Source: the human T2T-CHM13v2.0 reference genome, Homo sapiens
DNA length: 64,000 nt
Strand: one strand, 5' to 3'
Assembly: GCF_009914755.1 (NCBI RefSeq)
Contig: NC_060927.1
Part shown: positions 42,220 through 58,382 of the stretch, one piece after another
Layout: each line of letters opens with the position of its first letter
Position numbering within the stretch: position 1 is the first letter of the stretch
Made by a program: the position numbers and the translations under genes
Notes under the pieces: model-generated
What the model was told of the DNA's origin: nothing
Database searches by the model: none
The model's input: only the letters and a program-made list of their open reading frames with translations

Positions 42220-43369
42220 TAAAAATTCTCTGACAAATCGAAAAGGAAGAAGATTTAAAAGCACACATAACAGACAACATGAATTACCAATAATGACTTA
42301 AACACATGGTTGATCTTATTAGTAATAACTGTAATGCAAATTAAAACAGCAATGTTACATTTTATATCCTCAAGATTGGCAAACATGCCAAAAGTTGTAA
42401 AATATGACAGTATTAGTATAGATAAAAATGAGGAACAAAGAACACTCATCCTCAAATTGTGCATATTCAAAATTTACTTGTCAAGCAATTTGAAATTATC
42501 CAGTAAAGCAATAATGCATGCACCCTCAGAGCCAGCAATTTCATTTCTTAGCATGAACACTGAGGAATCTCTTCTGTATGTGTACCAGAAAACATGCACA
42601 AGAACCTTCATAGATGTCTTTTTTGTAGTCCTTGTTTGAGAAATAATCCAAACATACATCTGCAGTAAAATTTTCATATAAACTGTGACATATTCACACA
42701 ATGGAATACAGTATCACAATACAAGTGAATGAACACAGTCTACAGGCATCAACATGGATAGGTCTCACAAATTTAATTTCAATGAAAAGAAGCAAGTGGT
42801 AAAAATATGCATATATCGTGCTGTCTTCTATGTAAACTTCAAAAAATGTTTTGCGTAAATTGCAAACCTAAGCAATATATTTCAGTACGTATACTATATC
42901 AGTGACCCAATAATGTTTTAAAAGGAAAGAAAGTGATAGACACAAAATGTTGCAGTGTTTCTCTCTGTCATAGAAGGATGAGGTAGAGGAAAGCGAGTGG
43001 GGGAGGAGCAGAGTGGGCTTCAAAGTTGTTGATGCTTTATTTCTTAAATAAGGTGGTAAGGACATGAATGCGTGTTTTGGTCATTATTCTTTGAAGCATG
43101 CAAACACATACATCCTTTTTAATGAACAATTCATATCTTAGTAAGTAGTAAAAAAAGAAATTTGTTAAAGAATTCAAAGAAAATTATTATTCCTTTCTTC
43201 CTTCCCACCTGTCTTTCCTCTTCTTCATCCCAAAACTTCCTTCTTTGTCAAACAATGCATTCAAATCTTTTTCAGTCAACTAAAACTTTAATCCTCTCTA
43301 AAAAATCTACAGTAAATATGAAGACTTTTTACATTTATTGGACTCTAATAATTTTTTTGTTATTAAATG

Positions 43370-45095
43370 TGTCTTCTTCCTCCTGGGTGGCTGCCGTTAG
43401 TCGTGGAGAGTTAGGACAGGTTCCTTAGGCACTCCCTCTAGCAGGCTGCAGCCTGGATGCTAGTACTTCCCAATGGACTGCAATGGATGTGATGGACATA
43501 TCAGCGCTGGTGGGGGTGACCCTTGCAGTCTCTGTGGCTGCATGTGAGCCTAGGTGACCTAGGGCTGGGTGGTAGAGGGAAAGCTATGTGGCAGCCTGCC
43601 AACTGGGGCCAAAGCTAAACAGCTAGGATTTAAAGCTTTAAATGGGAATAACAAGTAATGTTTACGATGAAACGAAAGTAAATAAGTCACCTCTAACCTC
43701 TCCCAGCTGTTTTCTCAGGAGAGTGTCCATATTAAATTTACATGCTCTCCCAACTGTGATTGCCCTTCAGTTACAAGAGCTTCAGTTCCAAGGGTTGAAA
43801 GTGGAGAATTCCCAGGTCTGAGAATAGCAAAGAGTTCATTCCTTTTAGGACATTCTCACTGATGTTCTTTCTCTTTTCAAACTCTATGAAGATGGAATCA
43901 TCCTTCCTTCAGTACTAACAGTTTTTCTGTTTTGTGGTCAATGTGATTCACAAGAACCTCTAAAGTAACAAATGAAATAAGCCAGGGGCATGGAAAAGAT
44001 AACTTTTATATCGGTCTGGGATTGGCTATGAGCTCTAATATTTTCACTGGAGGGAGTTTCATTTTCCAAAAGGAAAAAAAAATGGTCTGCGACTTGTGAG
44101 AAAAGCCTCATGACAACTGGTCAAGGTGGTCATACACATTTTAGAGAATGGAGGTTGTAGATGGAATTCTTGTTGATGAGAGCTGGGGAGATGGCCAATG
44201 TTACTGATGCATTTGCACGAGCCACATCAGTGATTCCATTAGGAGTTCTTGGAGACTGAGAAAGTGCTACTCTTTCTTCATACTTTTTAAATGAATGACT
44301 TAATCTCATGGGAATATTGGGTAGTTGCTAAGTATTCTAGGATCTACAGTTATGGTCAGTCTGCCATGCTTTAAAAGAAGAGGGGTTAGAGAACTTATAG
44401 GAAATGTTTCACAAGCTAGGTGATTCAGGTTTTGTGGTGTTTGCAACACTCGTGGTCATTGTGTCCCTGATTATTAATCTCTATAGTGGGACTTTGCCAT
44501 GGACAGATAAATGTTCTTGTGTATATAACCATTGACTCTGTAATTGGAGCATTTTCAGTCTTCTGTGTGAAGGGCTTAGGCATTGCTATTAAAGAGTTGT
44601 CGCCTGGACTTTGACGTGCCCTGACATGATTTCGCTGCTGAGCTTTGTTGTCTGTGTGAGCCCACAGATTAATTACCTAAATAAGGCCCTGAATATATTC
44701 AACAATTTTATAGTGACTCCAATACATGAAGTATTTTTTACAACATTAGTTTTAACTTGTTCAGCTATTCTTTTTAAGCCATGTCAAGGTATGTCTGTTG
44801 ATAATGTCATTGATACTTTGAGTGGCTTTTTATAATCATTGTGGGGATATTCTTGTTGCAAGCCTTTAGAGATGTCAGCTTTAATTTAGCAAGTCTGCCT
44901 CTGCCTATCCTAAAAGGCGAAAAAGAAAGGAATAGCAACCTCTCTAATATCTAAAGTTTTTAATAATAATGAAGAAGGCTTAACCTGTGGAATTGAACAA
45001 CATACTGGTGAAAATAACTCCTGAATACATGGAAATCATGGAACTCAGGCAGCTTTTTAAGAAAAATCTAATTAAAAGGTTATCCCATAAAAAGT
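43370..45095 (+). pseudogene. NIPA2: Processed pseudogene of NIPA2 (Mg2+ transporter); former CDS 43977-45060
   Basis: Intronless colinear match to the recalled NIPA2 protein from (M>I)[18 protein letters not shown] to EEGLTCGIEQHTGEN...AF*. ORF 44611..44835 reads [43 protein letters not shown]. Start ATG>ATA, premature TAG at 44158-44160, frameshifts. A GC-rich, CpG-decayed 5'UTR copy lies upstream. Confidence 0.93.
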
Positions 45096-45454
45096 AGATG
45101 ATTGTATTATTTTCATCTCATTGTCCATCCTATTAGATCTGGTTGGATATTGATTCTTACATGATGTTGAAAGCAAATCAAGGGCATACTTATTGATGCT
45201 ATGAATACTATGAATATATGTGGTACCATTCAGAATTCTGAAAGACAGTCCCAAATGTTGGATTTCTGAAAGATAAAATCCCTCAAATCTCCTAACATCT
45301 AAAATTCTAAACATCACAGTCCAAAAGATTAAAATATGAATGTTGAAATCTTGAAAGTTGAATTCTGGAGAAAGGATGAGTGGGTTTGGAGTTATACAAG
45401 GTAGCTTCATCATATCAGTTTCACCATGTTAGGTGGAACTATTACTTTGTTATT

Positions 45455-45675
45455 TTCCTTATTGGAAATTAAGTATGATGGAGGGAGATGTATACAGGTG
45501 CCAAGTTGAGAAGATGTAAATTTGTGGACTTAATTTTAAGTGTCAACTTGACTGGATTAAGGAATACCTAGAAACCTTATATAGTATTATTTGGGGTGTG
45601 TCTGTGAGGGTGGGTCCGATGGAGATTAGTATGTGAGTCTGAGTGAAGTAAGTGGGAAAGATCTGCCCTCAATGT
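45455..45675 (+). mobile_element. ERVL 3' internal end plus MLT2 LTR 5' part, carried within Ricksha
   Basis: GGTGCCAAGTTGA...TGTGG..TTAATTTTAAGTGTCAACTTGACTGGATTAAGG...GGGTGTGTCTGTGAGGGTG. Confidence 0.75.
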
Positions 45676-45814
45676 TTTGAGTGTTTCTGGGATCACAGAA
45701 GGAGAGAAAACACAGGCAAAACATACAAGAAATCTTCCCTGATAAATTATTCAATCATATGTGACTTCTGCCTATTCACGCATAGTGCCAGGCTTGCCCT
45801 CAAAAAATGCCCTT

Positions 45815-45996
45815 CAAGACAAATGTGGTGGCTTGCGCCTGTAGTCCTAGCTGCTCCAGAGGCTGAGGCAGGAGAATTGCTTGAGCCCAGATCAAGGCTG
45901 TAGTGTGCTACGGTTGCACCTGTGAATAGCCACTGCTCTTCATCCTCCAACCTGGGCCACATAGAGAGACCCTGTCTCTAAAAGAACAAGACAAAC
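45815..45996 (+). mobile_element. FAM (fossil Alu monomer)
   Basis: FAM-type CCTGTGAATAGCCACTGC. TSD AAATGCCCTT/AAATACCCTT at 45805-45814 and 45997-46006. Confidence 0.85.
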
Positions 45997-48900
45997 AAAT
46001 ACCCTTTGTCAGAGGATTAAAAAAAACTTTAAAGCTCAGAGACCTTCTGAAGCAAAGACATTTGATGATATAGAGGTTCCTCCAATGTTACAAAACACAT
46101 CAAATGGCGACCTATTCTTGGTAAGGAATTAGACTGTTGAAGAAGGTAGACTTTGTATTTACCACTAAATCTAACTTAGAAAAGCTAGTGCATGCTGCAT
46201 TCACTTTTGCTAATGGATGGCACTTTCAAAACTGTTGCTGTTTTTTTAAATCAACTATATAAGTGATATCTCTGTTGGATCGAGAAATTGTAGAACTTAT
46301 CATCTCATTTACATATGAATGACTAGGAAAAATGTGAAGCACTTTATAAATGTTTGTTTGAAGATTTGGTGGACAGTGCAGAGGAAAATAGATTTCAGTT
46401 GAATTCCCAAATCATGATGACAGATGTGAAAGTAGGTTTGAGCTAGCTTCTAAAAGTGAATTTTGAACCAATCATCAGTAATTATGCTGCCTTCTTTAGG
46501 CAAATGTGATTTTAATTCATTAAAAGTTCCCAGAATTTCATCAGCTGGAAGAAATGCCAATGCAGAAAACTGATGCATTGTTACACTGAAGTATTCACTG
46601 TTGCCATATTGCATGGCCAATCCACTAATTCAAATTTTCCAACAAATGCATGGGGCTGAATGGAAAAAACAAAAAACAAACTTTATTGGTAACAACTTTT
46701 ATGAACTACCTCCATATAATTGCCCATAATATATTTCTGTAATACATGTTCTCATATTTCAAATTTTTTATTTTTTTGTTTTTTTCCCACTATTTTAAAT
46801 TGTCATCATTATTTTCTGTAGTTTGCAATGGTACGTATTTTGTCTTCGAATAATTTCTAATACTTGGGGTACAAATTGTTTAAAGACTTTTAGAGAGTTC
46901 TAATTTATCCCATGCGTTTTTTTTTTTTTTTTTTTTGCAAATTTGACTCTATAAAGGGAATGATCTTAACGTTTACTTTGTGTGTAAGCATTGTGTATCT
47001 ATGTAAAAATATTGAAGATTCCTCAATAAATGAAGAGATGTCCTTTTGTAATTCCGCATTTATGAAAGATAGAATTTCTTGAGATCTCAGCTCTTTGGGT
47101 GACTGCATATGCAGCGGTGGCCCATTATGTTTTTTGATCCATCTCATCAAAAGACAATGACAGTATTTCAGATGATCACAGTTATAGAGCTAGGAGCACA
47201 CAATTACCAACCACAGTGATATGTATTTATACCTCCTGCCTTTTGATCCATTTCTTTATGAATATGGTTTGACTACTCATAACTGTCATACCCGTGGGAC
47301 TGACATTAGTATACCTGAGTGTTTATGCCAGCAAAAATATGTATATTATTATTGCCTTTTTTATGTGTCAAGTGGCCTATGACATATTCTGCTGTGTCTT
47401 TAAATGTCTCTCAAATAAATCTCCTTTTAAAAATTAAAATAAATGTCTTTGAAAGAATTTTTAAAATTATTTCTTTCCAGAATTATATTTTCAGGATTTT
47501 GATCATTTGGAATTGTGATTTTCAGGATTTTGGAACTTAGGGATTTTTATCCTTCAGGATTTTAACATTGGAGATTGTATCTTTCAGGATTATGGCCCAA
47601 ACTCAAATATTTCTTGACAAGTTCTGGCCTGAAGTAGTTTTCACATATGCAACATTTGATTCATTGAACTTCTTCGGCTTTATTTTTTCAACAAGTATTA
47701 GAGTTTCCTGCTACCAAATCCACAGATCCACTTCTCAGTGATATCCTGACAAACTTTCTATCCCTGAAAATGTATACTCAATTTCTTATAGAACAACAAT
47801 GTCATTATCACACCTAAGAAAGTTAATAACAATGTCTGGGCATTTTAAAATATTACTCAAAACACTGATCAGCTATAATGACAGATTAAAAGAGAAATAA
47901 ATCTGCCAAAACAGCTGTAAATACACCTTGCCTCACAATTGCTGGATAATAATAATTTTATATTGAATAATATTTGTTACCTATATGTCACTGTTTTCCT
48001 GTCAAGTTTCTATTTTCACAAGAAGAAAATTTCTTTTTCTCTTTGGAAAGTAAAATCTATTTGGCTTTTACTCAAATGGCTATCAGAGTGTGTGCTACGG
48101 AGACAGGTGTGGGGTACTGGAGTGAGGAGAGAATGAGAATGCCACTGGACATGAGGATATGCCAATTACGATGATGAACAAGGTTTTTCTTAAAAGCTAG
48201 TTTGATATATTATTTTTATGTGGATCTTTTAACAATTGAAATATGTCAACGAATAATAGGATACAATTTTCTTTCATATCATATTTCACGTTTCGTCTTT
48301 TGCCATTTACATGTTGAAGGTCATAGACATGGTAAAGGGTTTTAAATGAAAATTAAAAGTATTTTCCTGCAGATCACTTAGGCTAGTGAAAATACTGCTT
48401 GTATTGCTTTTGGAAGCACTGATCAACTGAAATTCGAAGTACTTTATTACATTGTGATTTACAGTGCATTCTTTCTACAACCATTATTGCTCATGGTTAT
48501 TTACTTTGCAGGTGATAATGTTCTTGGATGAAAGATGTTTGATTATAATTCGAATACCTCTTCTTTCAAATTTATATGCCAATCAAAATGCTTTATTAGT
48601 ACAGGGTGTTATGTCAATCAGTCCTTCTTTCTGATTATTTTCAAATTTTAATATAAAAATTTTTACATAAATGCATTTGAATAAATATCCATATTTTAAA
48701 ATCATAAATATTTTTATAACACCTCTGATTAATTTTTATATACATGTGAAGTATTTTCAACAAACTAACCTGAAATTGAAACATTTTTTAAAACTTTTAA
48801 AATGGCATTTTTTTCTAAATTATTGTCAATTTTAGACATCTGGCTCAAATAATTCACAAACTTTCTTTGCATGATAAATTTATTTTTACCTTAATTCCTT

Positions 48901-50899
48901 TTCAAGCTCTCAGGGCATGACTTACAACGCTTTTTAAAGTAACTCAGTTCATTTTCTAGACTCTTTTAGAAGTGCCCTTTAATTTTATGAAACGGGTCTT
49001 TCAGTATGGTACCTTCTTAATTAGAACACCAGTCATCACATAAAATATCACCTTTCTTCCCCCTCAGTGAAATCTTGAATTACAATGATTGCTTTGTGAC
49101 TGCTGCAGTTTAAATACTTGCTGCTTCTACCAACAATTCCAAGACCCTTGTAGAGAGCGGAGAATTGATTTTACCACTGCATTTTCAGCATGTTCTCAAT
49201 CGCAAATGATTGTTTCTTTCATAGATGATATTTAATATTATGATTCTATTATCGAATTACTAATTGGTTCCTAATTGATTCTTCTTCATCTTCTTGCCAA
49301 CTCACCTCTCACAATGTTAACAGTCTTGTTTATTCTGGATTTTGGGAAAGTTCAGTTGAGATGTACAATATCACTTTTCTCAAAACTCAAATGTTAATTC
49401 TAGGAAAGTCTTAAAAGTAGATCATTACACTTGGTTTAATTCCTGAACATCTGGATATTCAATGTATATTCTTTAGAAGACACAATTAATGCTAAATGTA
49501 AGACATTTCATAATGTAGTTTTTATTTAGTTATAAAAAGTATCCAATATTTTCTATGGCATTTTTTAAAGAAAACCCAGTGAATCAGAATTTCCAAAAAG
49601 AGCATCAGTAAACCAGGTATACTGCCTCTCTTAAAATAAACTGCATGGATGTTTGAGTATTTAAATAAATTCTGACTTCTGGTCAGCAGGGCACAAAAAT
49701 GTTGTGCTTCAGTCATGTCCTGAAGATCAAATATGAAATAAAACACATTTTGAGAAGACAGCTTGCAACAAAATATAAATAAAGTAGAACAAACCTTTCA
49801 CTGGTGTAAAAACCAATGCAGTCACCACTTGAGCAAACATTTGGGCAAAAGACAGGTTTGTTCTATTTGAGGAAATTGGCCTAATGCCTCAGCTAGCAGA
49901 GCAAGTCACTAAGGAATTGAATACTGCCTTTGGCTGACATATCAAGCATTAAATAAAAAAAGAAACCGTCTAATCAAATTTAGCCGAACCCTTCTCTAGA
50001 CGCTAAAAAATTTCATCTATTAAATCTGCTCTTCTTGAACACTTTAAAGATATTTCCTGAGAGAAAGCTGCATCCTGGGCTGAGGCTGAGTGCTTCAATA
50101 TGGATCTGAGAGAGTTGATATGTATGCAAAAACCTCAAATGTTTCCTTATCTTTAGGACCGTCTACCATCTTGTTTCAGTTGCTTCTCCTTAAATCCACC
50201 AATTTTACATATTCATGGAATGGACTATATTCTATATATGTCATCTCGGGTGTCCCCACAACACTGTCACTATGCTGCTAGTATTGTTTCAAATATCCAT
50301 GAACTTCCATCTATGTTATATACAAATAAAAAGCATAAGTGCTTTGAAGCAGTGGGAATGCCAAATCTGAAACCATCGCATGGCCCCAATTGTGTGTACT
50401 TGAAATTCAAGTTTGAAGGCCCAAAGTGGCCATCAAATCAGCACTCAATTTTTGTTAGGGCAGTAATCAACCTCAATGAGAATGTGACAAATCAATGCTG
50501 TAAGTCAGAAATAATCAAGCTCCAAATTCCTGGTACTCCAATGTTATGCAATTGATTTTCCCATACATTTTGTTTGTTTTTCTTTTTTAAACTCTATCTT
50601 TGCATGTAGCATAATTTCATTGAGCAAAGCTCTTTGCTACTAAGAACTTTACCTAGGGTTTAGGGCTAATGGGAAAGTAGGGTGGAAAGTGCCAAGGAAT
50701 ATGCACCCAAATTTGCACATATCCCTTTTCTTAGAGTAGAAATGGTAGTGTTATTAGAGCTTAGTTCTTGGGCACATACAGAGTAGATGAAGGTCCTCAG
50801 GTAATAATTTCTAATTTAACCACTCAATGTTCTTACAAGGACTCACCCCCTCACATATCCTTTCTGGTACCATTAAAAAAGTTTTCTTCATGCTCTACT

Positions 50900-51545
50900 C
50901 TATTTATTTGTTTCCAATGTATGTTGTAACAAATTACCACAATCTTAGTGACTTAAAATGACATACATTCATTCTTTCATAGCTCTAAAGGTCAAAAGTC
51001 TAGAATAACTTTTACTGGGCCTAGGGGAGTGTATTAGTTCATTCTCATGCTTCTATAGAGAAATATCTGAGACTGGGTAATTTATAAAGAAAAAGGTTTA
51101 ACTGACTCAGTTCTGCATGGCTTGGGAGGCCTCAGGAAACTTACAATCGTAGCGGAAGGCACCTTTTCACAGGATGGGAGGAGAGAGAATGAGAGCTGAG
51201 TGAAGGGGGAAACCCCTTATAAAACCATTAGATGTCATGAGAACTCACTCACTATTAAGAGGACAGTATAGGGTAAACTACCCCCATGATTCAGTTGTCT
51301 CCACCTTGTCCTGCCCTTGACATGTGGGAATTATAACAATTCAAGGTGACATTCCGGTGGGGATACAGAGTCAAACCATATCAGAGAGAATCTATCTTTG
51401 TCTGTTCCAGCTCCTAAACTGCATTTCTTGACCCATAGATCCTTCCTCCATCTTCCTCCATTTCAAGATGCAGCAGTGCAGCATCTGGCTTTAGTCTTAA
51501 TATTGACTTAATCTTCTGTAGTCAAATCTCTCTCTGATTATCTCT
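50900..51545 (-). mobile_element. MLT1-type MaLR LTR split by THE1
   Basis: TGTAACAAATTACCACAATCTTAGTGACTTAAAA on the left, resuming GAGAATC...CCTTCCTCCATCTTC on the right. Confidence 0.7.
51030..51383 (-). mobile_element. THE1 (C/D-like) solo LTR
   Basis: TGTATTAG...GAGACTGGGTAATTTATAAAG...CAAACCATATCA. TSD GGGAG/GAGAG. Confidence 0.9.
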
Positions 51546-52021
51546 TTAAAAACAACTTTATTAATTTTATTTCATTGTGGTAAGTACGCTTAACATAAGA
51601 TCTACCTTATTAATGCGTTTTTAAGTGTACAATACAGTATTGTTGGCTATAGTTACCATGTTGTATAGCAGATCTTTAGAACATATTCACCTTGCTTGAT
51701 TAAAACTTTATGTCAATTGGTTTATAACACCCCACCACTCCCCCTGGTCCCTGGCAACCACCATTTCAGTCTTTGATTTTATTTTTATTTATTTATTTTT
51801 TTTTTTTTTATTATACTTTAAGTTTTAGGGTACATGTGCACATTGTGCATGTTAGTTACATATGTATACATGTGCCGTGCTGGTGCGCTGCACCCACTAA
51901 CTCGTCATCTAGCATTAGGTATATCTCCCAATGCTATCCCTCCCCCCTCCCCCCACCCCACACCCCACAACAGTCCCCAGAGTGTGATGTTCCCCTTCCT
52001 GTGTCCATGTGATCTCATTGT

Positions 52022-55876
<3,855 letters not shown>

Positions 55877-55912
55877 TTAGTTGACACAGTTTCTTCCTAG
55901 TCTCGATGGTCT

Positions 55913-56931
55913 TTACATTTTGGCATGATTTTGCAGCAGGTGGTACCAGTTGTTCCTTTCCATGTTTAGTGCTTCCTTCAGGAGCTCTTTTAGGGCAGGC
56001 CTGGTGGTGACAAAATCTCTCAGCATTTGCTTGTCTGTAAAGTATTTAATGTCTCCTTCACTTATGAAGCTTAGTTTGGCTGGATATGAAATTCTGGGTT
56101 GAAAATTCTTTTCTTTAAGAATGTTGAATATTGGCCCCCACTCTCTTCTGGCTTGTAGGGTTTCTGCCAAGAGATCTGCTGTTAGTCTGATGGGCTTCCC
56201 TTTGAGGGTAACCGGACCTTTCTCTCTGGCTGCCCTTAACATTTTTTCCTTCATTTCAACTTTGGTGAGTCTGACAATTATGTGTCTTGGAGTTGCTCTT
56301 CTCGAGGAGAATCTTTGTGGCGTTCTCTGTATTTCCTGAATCTGAATGTTGGCCTGCCTTGCTAGATTGGGGAAGTTCTCCTGGATAATATCCTGCAGAG
56401 TGTTTTCCAACTTGGTTCCATTCTCCCCATCACTTTCAGGTACACCAATCAGACGTAGATTTGGTCTTTTCACATAGTCCCATATTTCTTGGAGGCTTTG
56501 CTCATTTCTTTTTATTCTTTTTTCTCTAAACTTCCCTTCTCGCTTCATTTCATTCATTTCATCTTCCATTGCTGATATACCCTTTCTTCCAGTTGATCGC
56601 ATCGGCTCCTGAGGCTTCTGCATTCTTCACGTAGTTCTCTAGCCTTGGTTTTCAGTTCCATCAGCTCCTTTAAGCACTTCTCTGTATTGGTTATTCTAGT
56701 TATACATTCTTCTAAATTTTTTTCAAAGTTTTCAAGTTCTTTGCCTTTGGTTTTAATGTCCTCCCGTAGCTCAGAGTAATTTGATCGTCTGAAGCCTTCT
56801 TTTCTCAGCTCGTCAAAGTCATTCTCCATCCAGCTTTGTTCCGTTGCTAGTGAGGAACTGTGTTCCTTTGGAGGAGGAGAGGTGCTCTGCGTTTTAGAGT
56901 TTCCAGTTTTTCTGTTCTGTTTTTTCCCCAT
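55913..56931 (-). pseudogene. L1 ORF1p, frameshifted
   Basis: ORF 56554..56931 (MGKKQNRKTGNS...) shifts into 55913..56623 (...HAKM). The sequence GCTGATATACCC near 56575 implies a 2-bp insertion. Confidence 0.93.
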
Positions 56932-57837
56932 CTTTGTGGTTTTATCTACTTTTGGTCTTTGATGATGGTGATGTACAGATGGGTTTTTGGTGTGGATGTC
57001 CTTTCTGTTTGTTAGTTTTCCTTCTAACAGCCAGGACCCTCAGCTGCAGGTCTGTTGGAATACCCTGTCTTGTGAGGTGTCAGTGTGCCCCTGCTGGAGG
57101 GTGCCTCCCAGTTAGGCTGCTCGGGGGTCAGGGGTCAGGGACCCACTTGAGGAGGCAGTCTGCCGGTTCTCAGATCTCCAGCTGCGTGCTGGGAGAACCA
57201 CTGCTCTCTTCAAAGCTGTCAGACAGGGACATTTAAGTCTGCAGAGGTTACTGCTGTCTTTTTGTTTTTCTGTGCCGTGCCCCCAGAGGTGGAGCCTACA
57301 GTGGCAGGCAGGCCTCCTTGAGCTGTGGTGGGCTCCACCCAGTTCGAGCTTCCCAGCTGCTTTGTTTACCTAAGCAAGCCTGGGCAATGGTGGGCACCCC
57401 TCCCCCAGCCTCGCTGCCGCCTTGCAGTTTGATCTCAGACTGCTGGGCTTGCAGTGAGCGAGATTCCGTGGGCGTAGGACCCTCCGAGCCAGGTGTGGGA
57501 TATAGTCTCGTGGTGCGCCGTTTTTTAAGCCAGTCTGAAAAGCGCAATATTCGGGTGGGAGTGATCCGATTTTCCAGGTGTGTCCGTCACCCCTTTCTTT
57601 GACTCGGAAAGGGAACTCCCTGACCCCTTGCGCTTCCCAGGTGAGGCAATGCCTCGTCCTGCTTGGGCTCGCGCACAGTGCATGCACCCACTGACCTGCG
57701 CCCACTGTCTGGCACTCCCTAGGGAGATGAACCTGGTACCTCAGATGGAAATGCAGAAATCACCTGTCTTCTGCGTTGCTCACGCTGGGAGCTGTAGACT
57801 GGAGCTGTTCCTATTCGGCCATCTTGGCTCCTCCTCC
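56932..57837 (-). promoter_or_regulatory. L1PA2 5'UTR: internal sense promoter with YY1 site and antisense promoter
   Basis: CpG-rich segment. The YY1 core CAAGATGGCCG is intact near the 5' end. The antisense promoter is inferred from the known L1PA architecture. Confidence 0.8.
57387..57602 (+). CDS. ORF0: L1 ORF0 (71 aa, antisense ORF of the L1PA 5'UTR), open
   Basis: ATG at 57387 in a GCAATGG context; MVGTPPPASLPPCSLISDC...RFSRCVRHPFL*. The position (~L1 nt 451-236) and length match ORF0. Confidence 0.85.
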   Translation: MVGTPPPASLPPCSLISDCWACSERDSVGVGPSEPGVGYSLVVRRFLSQSEKRNIRVGVIRFSRCVRHPFL

Positions 57838-58008
57838 CAGTCTTTGATTTTATAAACTTGACTGATTTGTATACCACATTTAAGTGGAATCATGCAATAT
57901 TTCTCTTTGGATTATTGGCTTAATTCACTTAGCACAATGTCCTCATCTTTCATTCATGTTGTCTCATATTACAGAATTTCCTTCTATTTTAAGACTGAAT
58001 GTTACATG

Positions 58009-58010
<2 letters not shown>

Positions 58011-58049
<39 letters not shown>
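58011..58049. repeat. (CA)n microsatellite
   Basis: About 19 CA units seen directly. Confidence 0.95.
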
Positions 58050-58054
<5 letters not shown>

Positions 58055-58382
58055 TATAATTTTCTTTTTCCATTCATCTGTTCGTGGATATTTAGATTTT
58101 TTCCCCCATCTTGGCTATTGGATATAGTGCCACTATGACATAGGAGTGCTAATATCTCTTTGAGATCCTGCTTTTAATTCTTTTAAATAAAGAATACCCA
58201 GAAGTGAGATTTCTGTGTCATGCAATAGTTCTATTATTAATTTTTTGAAGGACCTCCATACTGTTTTCCATAGTGGTATAAATGTTCCAATTTCTCAACA
58301 TGGTCTCCAGTGCTTGTTTTCTTTGGGGTTTTAAAAAAATAGCCATCCTAACAGTTGTGAGGTAATATCTGGTTGTGATTTT

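Larger units (their letters stand above)
45221..47604 (+). mobile_element. Ricksha (MULE/MuDR) DNA transposon with captured ERVL/MLT2 segment and transposase remnants
   Basis: Long degenerate TIRs (right end ...CTTTCAGGATTATGGCCCAAACTC). MDGTFKTV motif at 46213 and an IM.TD-like motif at ~46411. Degenerate 9-bp TSD GAATATATG/AAATATTTC. Confidence 0.85.

Noticed and set aside
43977-45060. Functional NIPA2 retrogene
   Set aside because: The start codon is lost, and there are premature stops and frameshifts.
45240-45365. Short repeated GAAAG/AATCC motifs resembling an array
   Set aside because: They are subterminal repeats of the Ricksha TIR, mirrored at 47480-47600, and not a CRISPR-like array.
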